Assembly: GCA_964557115.1 (NCBI GenBank) | Contig: CAZKYO010000003.1 | Coordinates: 64,438 to 128,437, forward strand | Direction: 5' to 3' | Length of the DNA stretch: 64,000 nt | DNA from: an uncultured Gemmatimonadaceae bacterium | GTDB taxonomy: Bacteria > Gemmatimonadota > Gemmatimonadetes > Gemmatimonadales > GWC2-71-9 | In this document: positions 55,834 to 64,000 of the stretch, piece by piece | How the letters are laid out: each line of letters begins with the position of its first letter | Position numbering within the stretch: position 1 is the stretch's first letter | Position numbers and translations under genes: made by a program | Notes under the pieces: generated by a model | The model's database searches: none | The model's input: only the letters and a program-made list of their open reading frames with translations | What the model was told of the DNA's origin: nothing

Positions 55834-57060
55834 ATGCCCCGCCTGCGTGCCGTCATGCTCCTGCTCGTCCTTCCCCTTGCGCCAATCGGCGCCCAGGTGA
55901 CCGCCATTCGTGCCGGCGCCGTCGTCGATCCCGACGCCGGGACCGTCGCCCGCAACCAGGTGATCCTGGTCGAGCGCGGCCGCATCTCGGCGATCGGCGC
56001 CGGCGTGGCGATCCCCGCGGGCGCCACGGTGATCGACCTGTCCGGCTCGACCGTCTCGCCCGGGCTGGTGGACGCGCACACCCACCTCTGCATGGCGGTG
56101 CAGCCGCTGCGCGACCACGGCAACTATTACGTCACCACCCTCTACGACCCCGACGCGCTCCGTGCCGTCGAGGGCGTCGTCAACGCCAAGACGATGCTCG
56201 AGGCCGGTTTCACCGCCGTGCGCGACGTCGGCAACGAGGGGAACTACGACTGCGTGCAGGTGCGTCGGGCGATCCTGCAGGGCTGGATCCCCGGCCCGAC
56301 GATGCTCACCGCCGGCCGGATCATCGCGGCCTATGGCGGGCAGTTCCATCTGCAGCCGAACAAGCAGGAGCTGGCGGAGCCGGAGTACTTCTTCGCCGAC
56401 ACCCGCGACGAGATGCTCAAGGCGGTGCGCGAGAACATCCACTATGGCGCCAGCGTGATCAAGATCGTGGTGGACGACCAGCGCTACATCTACTCGGCCG
56501 ACGACATCCGCTTCATCAAGGACGAGGCGGCCAGGGCCGGCCTCAAGCTGGCCGCCCACGCCTGGACCGGCCCCGGGGCGCACAACGCCGCCGAGGCGGG
56601 GGTCAACTCGATCGAGCACGGCTACACGATGAGCGACGCCGACCTGGAGCTGGCGAAGAAGAACGACGTGGTGCTGGTCGGGACCGAGTACCTCGCCAAC
56701 GACGATACCGGCGCGGCGCACGAGAAGTGGGTGGACCGGTTGCGGCGGGCCTACAAGATCGGCGTCAAGCTGGTCTACGGCACCGACGCGATCGCGATGA
56801 AGCCCGACACCACCCGCGGCCAGGACGCGCTCACCGGCATCGACCCTTGGGTCGAAGCGGGGATCCCCGCCCCGGCGATACTGAAGGCGATGACGACCGA
56901 TGCGCACCGGCTGCTGGGGCTCGACGCCCAGCGCGGCTTCCTCAAGGTCGGCATGGCGGCCGACCTGATTGCGATGCCCGGCAACCCGCTGGACGACATC
57001 AATGCGCTGAAGCGGGTGAGCTTCGTGATGAAAGACGGGAAAGTCATTCGATCCGAATGA
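55834..57060 (+). CDS. secreted metal-dependent amidohydrolase (imidazolonepropionase/prolidase-like subfamily)
   Basis: 408 aa from ATG 55834. Signal MPRLRAVMLLLVLPLAPIGAQ. GLVDAHTHL, IKIVVDD, SIEHG, YGTDA. Confidence 0.85.
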   Translation: MPRLRAVMLLLVLPLAPIGAQVTAIRAGAVVDPDAGTVARNQVILVERGRISAIGAGVAIPAGATVIDLSGSTVSPGLVDAHTHLCMAVQPLRDHGNYYVTTLYDPDALRAVEGVVNAKTMLEAGFTAVRDVGNEGNYDCVQVRRAILQGWIPGPTMLTAGRIIAAYGGQFHLQPNKQELAEPEYFFADTRDEMLKAVRENIHYGASVIKIVVDDQRYIYSADDIRFIKDEAARAGLKLAAHAWTGPGAHNAAEAGVNSIEHGYTMSDADLELAKKNDVVLVGTEYLANDDTGAAHEKWVDRLRRAYKIGVKLVYGTDAIAMKPDTTRGQDALTGIDPWVEAGIPAPAILKAMTTDAHRLLGLDAQRGFLKVGMAADLIAMPGNPLDDINALKRVSFVMKDGKVIRSE

Positions 57061-57076
57061 CCTGCCTTCCAACCAA

Positions 57077-57149
57077 GGGGAATGGTGAATGGTGAATGGG
57101 AGCGGCGCATCGAGACCCCCCATTCACCATTCACGATTCACGATTCACC
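57077..57149. repeat. heptad hairpin element B: (GGTGAAT)x3 / 18-nt loop / (ATTCACS)x4, filling a convergent intergenic gap
   Basis: Left arm: GGGGAAT GGTGAAT GGTGAAT GGG. Right arm: CCCCCC ATTCACC ATTCACG ATTCACG ATTCACC. 16 contiguous bp, about 21 of 24 paired by hand. Confidence 0.9.
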
Positions 57150-57155
57150 AAGACT

Positions 57156-57974
57156 TTACGGCACGTACGCGATGATCCGCAGCGGCCCGCCGCTGCCGTC
57201 CTTGATCTTCATCGGCAGCGCCACCACGAAACTCCCGGTGGCCGGCAGCGCCTCGAGGTTGGCGACGTTCTCGAAGCCCGGGATGTTGGCTCCGTAGAGG
57301 ATCACGTGGGTGCCGAAGTCGGTCGACTGGCCGCGATCGACGCTGGGCGTGTCGAGCCCGAACGCCCTCGGGTGGCCGTTGTCCACCAGCCACTTGGCGG
57401 CTTCCGGAGAGAGCCCGGGGAAGTGGAGCAGCGGCACCGCGTCTGCCCCGGTGGCGGACGTGCCGAGGTAGGCAGTGCGGTTCGTGTAGCGGAGGCCCCA
57501 GCCGGTGCGCAGCAGCACGATGGCCCCGTCGGGGATCGCACCGTGCTCGGCCTCCCAGGCCGTGAAGTCTGCCACGGTCGCGTTGTAGTCGGAGTCGGCC
57601 TTGGCCGAGACGTCGATCACCACGGCCGGTCCGATCAGCGACGCGAGCGGGATCCGGTCGGCGGTCTCCTTCCCCTCCGCGAAGTGCGACGGCGCGTCCA
57701 GGTGGGTGCCGCCATGCTCGTTGGCGCCGTAGCGGAACGAGGAGTAGAACCAGCCGCCGGGCGTCACGCCGTAGGCCATCGTGTCGTGCGTGAAGCCGAG
57801 GGTGTCGGTGGGCCAGTAGATGGTCGAGTCGGAGAAGGCCCAGGTCAGGTCGACCCACTTCCCCGCCCCGCCGCCGAAGACCGCCGCGAGGTCGGCGCCG
57901 GCATCACCGGCACGGGAGCCCTCGCAGGCGGCGAGCAGGACGAACGCGAGCAGCAAGCTGGTGGGCCGGCGCAT
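57156..57974 (-). CDS. cyclase-family protein (kynurenine formamidase-like)
   Basis: 272 aa from ATG 57974. Lipobox-like signal MRRPTSLLLAFVLLAAC. HxGTHxDxPxH motif in NEHGGTHLDAPSHF. The track ORF to 58544 is over-extended. Confidence 0.85.
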   Translation of the reverse strand: MRRPTSLLLAFVLLAACEGSRAGDAGADLAAVFGGGAGKWVDLTWAFSDSTIYWPTDTLGFTHDTMAYGVTPGGWFYSSFRYGANEHGGTHLDAPSHFAEGKETADRIPLASLIGPAVVIDVSAKADSDYNATVADFTAWEAEHGAIPDGAIVLLRTGWGLRYTNRTAYLGTSATGADAVPLLHFPGLSPEAAKWLVDNGHPRAFGLDTPSVDRGQSTDFGTHVILYGANIPGFENVANLEALPATGSFVVALPMKIKDGSGGPLRIIAYVP

Positions 57975-58040
57975 GATCGATCCTTGGGTGGCGAGAGACC
58001 TAAGGGGTACTGCGAGATCCGCGATCTTGCCAGCCTTGGG

Positions 58041-58176
58041 GGTGAGCGGTGAATGGTGAAGGGTGAAGGGGATGGCAGATCCTTCGACCACGCGCCCTTC
58101 GGGCGCTCCGCTCAGGATGAGGAGCCGTGCAGGGCGACCCCCTTCACCGTTCACCCTTCCCCCTTCACCCTTTACC
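58041..58176. repeat. heptad hairpin element C: (GGTGAAN)x4 / 67-nt structured loop / (CTTCACC-like)x5
   Basis: Left arm: GGTGAGC GGTGAAT GGTGAAG GGTGAAG GGG. Right arm: CCCC CTTCACC GTTCACC CTTCCCC CTTCACC CTTTACC. About 26 of 31 bp paired. The last unit overlaps the TAA stop (58172-58174) of the beta-lactamase-family gene. Confidence 0.85.
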
Positions 58177-59371
58177 GCTTGTCGGCCAGCTCCACCGCCA
58201 ACCGCACGAACTGCGTGTCCATCGCGACCGATGGCGCCGAGGCGGGGCTGCGGCCCACATGCATCGTGCCGACGTTGCTCACCACGGCCACCACCACGTC
58301 GGTCCCCTCGACCCAGTAGAGCGCCCCGGTGAAGCCGAGCACGCTGCCGGTGTGCTCGATGAGGACCGGCTGGTCGGCGCGGGCGAGGCGGAAGAAGTTG
58401 TGACCCACCGCCAGCACGTTGTTGATCGGGAACCAGTCGGTGAAGATCGCCATCGCACGTGGCGAGAGCAGCCGCCCGTCGCGGAGCGCCGCGCCGTAGC
58501 GCGCCAGGTCGCGCGCCGTGGCGACCATCCCGCCGGCCGTCCACTCGACCGAGAGGTTCGAGCCGGTGGCGTCGAAGAGGTCGGGCCGCACGGTGCGGAA
58601 CGCCGCGTTGATGCCCGCCGTCTTCCGGAACGTCTCGGTGTCCCAGTGGTAACGCCGCGCCACCCGCGCCTCCGGCACCGGCTCGAATCCCTCCAGCCGG
58701 ATGTCCTTGAGCCCGAGCGGGTCGAGCACCCGCTTGTGGATCTCCGCCACGGCACTGTGCCCGGTGACCTTCTCGATCACCATGCCGAGGAGGGTGTAGT
58801 TGGTGTTGGCGTAGCTGTACTTCTCGCCCGGAGACGCGAGCGGCTCGTGCCCCCGGATGTACTTGAGCGTCTCGTCCTTGCCCCAGAGGTGCCTCACGTC
58901 GAGCGCATCACCCCGCCCCTCCCGGATCCAGACCGGGTCGTCTTCCCAGCTCGGCACGCCGCCGGTGTGGTTGAGGAGCTGGAGCAGCGTGGCCTTGTCG
59001 GCGTTGGGCACACCGTCCACCGCGTCCCCGAGGATCTCGGCGGCGGTGGCGTGGAGGTCGAGCCTTCCCTCGTCGGCGAGCTGGAGGATCACGACCGTCG
59101 AGAACGACTTGGTGATGCTGCCGATGCCGAAGAGGTGGTCGGGACGGACGGGGGTGCCCGCTTGGAGATCGGCCATCCCGGCGGTCCCCGTCCAGATCAC
59201 CCCGGAGCGGTTGGCCACCGCGGCCGAGATGCCGGGGATCCCCTTGGCGACGCCGGCGTCAAGCAGCGCCTGGAGTCCGGCGGCTGCCGGATTCCTGACC
59301 GGAGCGGCCGCCGGCTGCGGATGCGCGCAGCCGGCGACGAGTACCAGGGCCGCGGCGGCGAGCGACCTCAG
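58172..59371 (-). CDS. serine hydrolase of the beta-lactamase / penicillin-binding (class C-like) family, lipoprotein
   Basis: SxxK (GSITKSF) and YxN (YANTNY). Lipobox LVLVAGC. There is no in-frame ATG, GTG or TTG near the signal peptide. The proposed start is CTG 59371 (M-RSLAAAALVLVAGC), preceded by AAGGAAGG and overlapping the upstream stop as CTGA. Confidence 0.75.
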   Translation of the reverse strand: MRSLAAAALVLVAGCAHPQPAAAPVRNPAAAGLQALLDAGVAKGIPGISAAVANRSGVIWTGTAGMADLQAGTPVRPDHLFGIGSITKSFSTVVILQLADEGRLDLHATAAEILGDAVDGVPNADKATLLQLLNHTGGVPSWEDDPVWIREGRGDALDVRHLWGKDETLKYIRGHEPLASPGEKYSYANTNYTLLGMVIEKVTGHSAVAEIHKRVLDPLGLKDIRLEGFEPVPEARVARRYHWDTETFRKTAGINAAFRTVRPDLFDATGSNLSVEWTAGGMVATARDLARYGAALRDGRLLSPRAMAIFTDWFPINNVLAVGHNFFRLARADQPVLIEHTGSVLGFTGALYWVEGTDVVVAVVSNVGTMHVGRSPASAPSVAMDTQFVRLAVELADKR

Positions 59372-59775
59372 CTGATCCAGCCTTCCTTCTTGGCGCGCCG
59401 GCCCAGCACGAACAGCGCAATCGCGATCACCAGCACCAGTCCCTGCATCACGATGCCCGACTCCAGCGCCCCCATCTGGTTGAGCGCCATGTCCTGCACG
59501 ATCACGCCACCGAGCGACGCGCCGAGGAGCGGGGCGGCCCACTTCTTCCCCATCACGAGCGCGAGCGAGCCGAGCGCGCCACACCAGACGCCGAACGCCA
59601 TGCCCATCACGCCCCACGTCGGGAAGTTGTTGTACATCGCCTGCTGCTCGGCGGGCAGCGTCGCGAGCTTCTCGGGCGACATCGTCACCTGCATCAGGTA
59701 GACGGCACAACCGAGCAGGTTCCAGATCAGCGCCACGATCGCGACCGGCTTGAACCACTTCGGAGCGGGAGTCAT
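59368..59775 (-). CDS. hypothetical 4-TM membrane protein
   Basis: 135 aa with four hydrophobic segments (VAIVALIWNLLGCAVYL, GVMGMAFGVWCGALGSLALV, LLGASLGGVIV, GLVLVIAIALFVL). No family recognised. Confidence 0.6.
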   Translation of the reverse strand: MTPAPKWFKPVAIVALIWNLLGCAVYLMQVTMSPEKLATLPAEQQAMYNNFPTWGVMGMAFGVWCGALGSLALVMGKKWAAPLLGASLGGVIVQDMALNQMGALESGIVMQGLVLVIAIALFVLGRRAKKEGWIS

Positions 59776-59884
59776 TGGACCTCACTGGCGAGGGGTGGTG
59801 ACGGGTCACGCGTTACGGGTCACGGATTCCTGCAGAAGCTACCGGCAAACCGGGGTGGCGATAGTCGCTGCCGCATCGCCGGAC

Positions 59885-60421
59885 TCAGGGACTGGCGCGC
59901 ACAAGCATGGTCCGGGCGAATGCACTCCGTTCCCCCTTGGCATCGACATTGTCGATCACCATCTGCCAGTGATCGCTTGCGGCGTCGTAGCTGAAGGTGT
60001 TGACGATGCCGGTGCCGTCGGCCAGGCGCCAGACAAACGGGACCGAGTCACCGGCAGCCATGCCGTGCCCGAAGCCGTCGGCCACCAGCCCGCCGTCGCC
60101 CGTGACGTCGAGCCACATCGCGACCAGGCCGCCGGAAACCCCGGGATCGCGGCCGAACGTGACGATCGCCTCGTACGCCGGCGCCCCGGTGGAGTCCCGC
60201 TCGCGCGCCACCTCGTGCCACTCCAGATACTGGCGCTGGAGCACCCAACGGACCGTCACGTCATGCGTGGCCGACCCGCCCGCGATCGTCCCGGTCATCA
60301 CCCACTTCCCCTCGAGATGGCGGAGGGGCGAGGCACGGAGCCCGCCATCCTGCGCGGAAAGCGGCGTCGCCAGGAGGAGCATCCAGCCGAGGCTCCACGC
60401 ACCGCTCCACTGTGGACGCAC
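59885..60421 (-). CDS. secreted DUF1579-like protein
   Basis: 178 aa from GTG 60421, 2 nt after the TPR gene stop. Signal ...WSLGWMLLLATPLSAQ. LEGKWVMTGTI...W.M core reminiscent of DUF1579. The track ORF to 61063 is over-extended. Confidence 0.55.
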   Translation of the reverse strand: MRPQWSGAWSLGWMLLLATPLSAQDGGLRASPLRHLEGKWVMTGTIAGGSATHDVTVRWVLQRQYLEWHEVARERDSTGAPAYEAIVTFGRDPGVSGGLVAMWLDVTGDGGLVADGFGHGMAAGDSVPFVWRLADGTGIVNTFSYDAASDHWQMVIDNVDAKGERSAFARTMLVRASP

Positions 60422-60423
60422 GA

Positions 60424-61278
60424 TCAGTCGATTCCCAGCTTGTGCCGCGCCAGCGGCTTCGCGAAGGCCGCCGGCGGGTTGTGCGACGTGGCCAGGTCGT
60501 ACGCCTGCTGCCACTCCGCCCGCGCCAGGTCGGTCTTGCCCTGGTTCTGATAGATCACCGCGCGCATGGCGCGGAAGAACGGATCCCGCCCGCCGCCCTG
60601 CGCGTCGATCGCCTTGGTGAACTCCGCCTCGGCCTTGTCGAGTTCGCCGGTGAAGAAGGCGACGTAGCCGACGAGGTACGGGAAGAATCGCTCCTGTGCC
60701 CCCGCCATCGCCGGGTCGCCATCCAGCGCTGCCCGGGCGGCCGCGATCTGCCGCCAGGCTTCGTCCCGCTGGCCGCGTCGCGCCGCGATCCGCCCCAGCG
60801 CATGGGCCAGCCGGTAGTCCCACAGGCTCGCCGGATGGGTTCGCGGTGCCGGCTCCCGATTCCCCATCTCGAAGCCGAGGCGGTAGTAGCGCTCGGCCGT
60901 GTCGAGGTCGCCGGCGTCGATGCAGACCCTGGCGCCCTCGTTGGCCATCTCGCCCTGCTGGTAGAAGGCGTTCTGCGGCTCCTCCGCCTCGCGCGTCTTC
61001 CAGTAGGCGATGACAAGCTCCTCGTACTTGATCGTGTTGGCGCAGTCGCCGTCGAACGCCCACGACATCGCCATCGCGCGCTGGGCCGCGGCGCGGTCGG
61101 CCGGCGTCGGGGCGTCGTCGATCAGGTGCTGGAAGAGGACCCGGGCCTCCTCCGTCTTGCCGGCAAGATCGAGGGCGACCGCGTCACGCATGGCGGTGGT
61201 GCGGTTGTCCTGCCCGCCGAGCGGCAGGGTGACGATCATCGCGGCGCCGAGGGCGCCGAGGAGGGAGTGCCTGGTCAT
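60424..61278 (-). CDS. secreted TPR-repeat protein
   Basis: 284 aa from ATG 61278. Signal MTRHSLLGALGAAMIVTLPLGGQ. Several TPR-like helix pairs (GDLDTAERYYRLGFEM, GELDKAEAEFTKAID, GKTDLARAEWQQAYDL). Confidence 0.7.
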   Translation of the reverse strand: MTRHSLLGALGAAMIVTLPLGGQDNRTTAMRDAVALDLAGKTEEARVLFQHLIDDAPTPADRAAAQRAMAMSWAFDGDCANTIKYEELVIAYWKTREAEEPQNAFYQQGEMANEGARVCIDAGDLDTAERYYRLGFEMGNREPAPRTHPASLWDYRLAHALGRIAARRGQRDEAWRQIAAARAALDGDPAMAGAQERFFPYLVGYVAFFTGELDKAEAEFTKAIDAQGGGRDPFFRAMRAVIYQNQGKTDLARAEWQQAYDLATSHNPPAAFAKPLARHKLGID

Positions 61279-61351
61279 GACGTCCTCGCGATTGCTCGTG
61301 GGGCGTGGGATGTCGGATCGGGGTCCCACAATGTACTGCGAATCCTCGGGG

Positions 61352-62899
61352 CTAGCCCCACTCGGGGCCGAGCATTCGGAATCCCGTCTCAAGGTCCTCG
61401 CGGGGGTCGCGACAGAGCCAGATGGTGACGTCCTGCTCCTCGTCCACGCCCCAGCGGTTCCGCACGTGTGTGGCCGCAACCACGGAGCCGAAGAACTTCC
61501 CGAGCGATGCGGAATCACCCCCGACCACGATCAAGACGTCGCCGCGCTTGCCGCCGGTGCCCCAGAACCAGAAGTCGCCGTTGCGGGAGATCGGGTACGG
61601 CAGCCCGAACTCGCGGCCGAAGAGCGCCACCGCGCCGGTACGACCGTAGTTGGTGCCCAGGATGGCGACCTCCCGCTGCTCGTCGGGCGAAAGCGTGCGA
61701 TAGACGCCGGCCACCGCCTCGACCTGCTCGCGCCAGCCGGTCATGTCGGCGTAATCCTGCGGCAGCGGCAACTGGCCGCCGTAGTTGGTGCGGTTGCCCG
61801 TCTCGCCGAACCACGCGGCGTATCGCGCCATCGACGCTGGCGGCAGGATCGGCGAGCCGAGGGGATAGAGGGCGACGTTGTCGAAGATGCAGGCGAGGAT
61901 CACGAGCGCCAGCCACCCCCGGCGACCCGGGCGGTCGAGCCAGCGCACCAGCATGATCGTCGCGGCCGCCACCAGCAGCGGCAACACCGGGCCGAAGTAG
62001 TAGGCCTTGCCGCCGGCGAGCATGAGCAGCGCGAAGATCGTGAACGCGGCGACGCCGAGCGCGCGGAATGGCCGGAGCGCCCCGGCGAACAGCAGCGCGC
62101 CGAAGCCGATCAACCAGAATGGGGCGGAGAGCCCGAGCAAGGGGAACTGCCCGGTGAGGAAGCCGAGCCGGCTGAAGTGCTGCAGCTGGTCGGCCTTGAG
62201 TTCGCGAGCCTGGGCCAGGAACGGCCAATCGTGACTCAGCTGTCCGAGGATGCTCGGCGTCGCGAGCAGTGCCGCGACAAGGACGGCCAGCCAGGGCCAC
62301 CGCGTGCGCAGGTCCCGCCGGAGCGGCGAGGCGACGACCGCGACCAACACCCCAACCCCGAGGAACGCGACGCTGAACTTGGTGAGCACGCCGAGGCCGA
62401 GGGCGAGGCCGAGCAGGAGCCACCAGCGGCGATCGCGGCCGGCGAGGAGCGCGGCGAGTGCCAGGAAGGAAAGCGTCCACCAGATCTGCTCGAACACCAC
62501 CGGCTGGAAGAGTGTCCCGGCGCGGACAAAGAGTGGCGCGAGCAGCACGGCCAAGGTCGCGAGCGCCTGGGCGAGGCGGTTGCCGCCGAGCTCGCGAACG
62601 AGCAGGGCGGCGAGGATGCCGGTGGCCGCGGCGGCCAGGGCGGCGAGGAGCCGTATGGCGGCGAGCAGGTCGATCGGCAGCGCGCGGGCCAACTGCGCGA
62701 GCGCTGCGATCATCGGTGGAAACGCCATGTCGAGCGGCCGCAGGTGGTCGCCCATGGCGAGGTAGAGCAGTTCGTCGCGATGGAAACCGTAGCCCGGCGT
62801 CGGCAGCAGGTGGGCCGCGACCGCGAGGCCCGCGATCAGCCAGACCCAGCGGGTGAGGGGCGGGCGGGGGTCGGCGCCGCGGAATGAAGTGATGCTCAT
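61352..62899 (-). CDS. GT-C glycosyltransferase (family 39/83, ArnT/PMT-like)
   Basis: 515 aa, more than 10 TM. Conserved first-loop acidic motif (GFHRDELLYLAMG). Soluble C-terminal domain. Confidence 0.85.
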   Translation of the reverse strand: MSITSFRGADPRPPLTRWVWLIAGLAVAAHLLPTPGYGFHRDELLYLAMGDHLRPLDMAFPPMIAALAQLARALPIDLLAAIRLLAALAAAATGILAALLVRELGGNRLAQALATLAVLLAPLFVRAGTLFQPVVFEQIWWTLSFLALAALLAGRDRRWWLLLGLALGLGVLTKFSVAFLGVGVLVAVVASPLRRDLRTRWPWLAVLVAALLATPSILGQLSHDWPFLAQARELKADQLQHFSRLGFLTGQFPLLGLSAPFWLIGFGALLFAGALRPFRALGVAAFTIFALLMLAGGKAYYFGPVLPLLVAAATIMLVRWLDRPGRRGWLALVILACIFDNVALYPLGSPILPPASMARYAAWFGETGNRTNYGGQLPLPQDYADMTGWREQVEAVAGVYRTLSPDEQREVAILGTNYGRTGAVALFGREFGLPYPISRNGDFWFWGTGGKRGDVLIVVGGDSASLGKFFGSVVAATHVRNRWGVDEEQDVTIWLCRDPREDLETGFRMLGPEWG

Positions 62900-64000
62900 G
62901 CTCCCGGGTCGCCTGATGAGGCGACCTGTCGATGAGGATCTGGCGACCCTCCATCAGCGCCGGCAGCATCGGGCTCCAGCTCCACGCGGAAATACTCGTG
63001 GAGGCGATCCGCATTGACCCGCTCCACGAGCAGCGTGCTGCCTCGCGCCCACCGGATCCGGTCGCCACGGGGGAGCGAGAATTCCTGATGTGCACCGCCC
63101 GTCTCAGTCACGCGCCACACATGCTGCACAGGTTCCTGAACGGAAGCATGCGTGGCATCCACAGGGCGTCGTCGACGTCCACGTATCCCCTCCCCCATCT
63201 GGGCATCGAGTCGGCGCGCGGCATTCCGCGGACAGCGTCTTCCTGCGCAGCCGTTCGCCCGGGTGCCACCCCCTTGAGGTAGTTGCTATCGAGCAATGCG
63301 TCCATGTCACGATCCGTGATGTGGCGCCCCCTGGAGGTGTCGCGAAGCAGGGTCCACCCGTTCTCAGCAGCCCGTGTGCAGGCAACATCGGCGGCACCGG
63401 TCCAGACGAAGCACAGTCGCCGCGATCCAGCCAGGAAATCTCCCGTCCTGGCGAAAGGTGGAGTGAACATCGCGATGCTGCGGCCCCTCCCGCCCGGACC
63501 AACCAGGTTCTGCAGGTGGCGCTCCGAGAATGGGGCGTCCACCAGCAGCCGCTCGGCCGGCTCGCCCTGGACGTTGATCCAGCGGATGTCGGCCTGATTG
63601 ATGTGGACCCCGTCCCGAGTCGGATATCCTCCATGAATCCTGGCGATCACACCTCCGTCCTCGGTGACGGCAAGCGGGAACACCCTGCGCCCATCCGGAG
63701 CCGACAGCTCGACTCGCTGCGCTCCCTGGAAGCCGGAATCCGCCCGATACCAGGACAACCGGAGGAGTTGCCCGTCCCATACGGCGATCCGCCCGTCCGC
63801 CAGGACCTTCATCCATTCGGGGCCCGCCAACTCCCCCGGCCCTTCGCCTGGGCGGGCGAGCAGGCGGGGGACGCCGGTTGAGTCGAGGAGAAGCAGGTAG
63901 CCCTTCGCGCCGAGGATGAGGACGCGGCCATCGGGGAGAAGCTGTGCGTCTCGACCGCCACCGATCATGGCGTCGAGGGAATCCTGCTCGCGCATCGGGA
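62896..64000 (-). pseudogene. 6-bladed beta-propeller (GxGPGE-motif) protein, 5' end outside the window, apparent frameshift near 63140-63160
   Basis: Frame 1 (63108..63995+) carries GEGPGEL and propeller-like repeats and ends ...YVDVDDALWMPRMLPFRNLCSMCGA. A second frame (62896..63198) continues with a typical family C-terminus (QHVWRVTETGGAHQEFSLPRGDRIRWARGSTLLVERVNADRLHEYFRVELEP). Its TGA forms an ATGA overlap with the GT39 start. Confidence 0.55.

Noticed and set aside
55683-56123. The 210-aa ORF 55491..56123 as a real protein.
   Set aside because: Most of it is antisense to the well-supported amidohydrolase gene and its upstream region. Only the last 63 codons, from GTG 55682, look like a plausible independent small protein.
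62896-63198. ORF 62896..63198 as an independent 100-aa gene.
   Set aside because: Its N-terminal third is an alternative-frame reading of the beta-propeller gene end, and its remainder resembles that family's C-terminus. It is better explained as the displaced 3' part of a frameshifted gene.

Overview
Very GC-rich (by eye about 70 percent; not computed), densely coding bacterial chromosomal segment. I recognise no rRNA, CRISPR array, transposase, integrase or phage genes. I call 64 CDS, one apparently frameshifted gene, one tRNA-Leu(CAA), and a set of intergenic repeats and hairpins. Positions 1-26165 form one minus-strand array of about 28 housekeeping genes: sdhC fragment, mdh, moaAED, HU/IHF, carA, secG, tpiA-pgk-gap, comF, aroE, LMW-PTP, tsaC, ispD, radA, dnaB, UDG, coaBC, rpoZ, gmk, yicC, an OM protein, pepA and a hybrid histidine kinase. 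Next come ppa, an ECF-sigma/anti-sigma/Spy-like/NfeD/FloA envelope module, GDPD, rplU-rpmA, rng, a Big-domain leishmanolysin-like lipoprotein and recQ. A likely 11-gene acyl-CoA operon follows: meaB, split B12 mutase, an eRF1-like protein, carboxyltransferase, a TPPII-like subtilase, split AtuA, enoyl-CoA hydratase and a small membrane ORF. The right end is an accessory-looking region with AraC, DUF4440, ankyrin, CsgG-like, LtrA, amidohydrolase, cyclase, a beta-lactamase-family gene, DUF1579, TPR, GT39 and a beta-propeller gene. Many ORF-track entries are over-extended at the 5' end. I re-set those starts using signal peptides, conserved N-termini and a recurrent ATGA/GTGA start-stop overlap. 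AQ-type signal-peptide cleavage sites, a Bacteroidetes-type SdhC and LDH-like MDH, a GxGPGE beta-propeller protein and TAnnTTT motifs suggest a Gemmatimonadota/FCB-like organism; this is inference only. The strongest candidate for something undescribed is a family of seven intergenic 'heptad hairpins'. These are inverted arrays of tandem 7-nt units, (GGNGAAY)n ... (RTTCNCC)n, that abut or overlap start and stop codons. Second is a bacterial eRF1/Vms1-like protein wedged between the two subunits of a split B12-dependent mutase. All homology statements come from motif recognition by eye; no searches were run.
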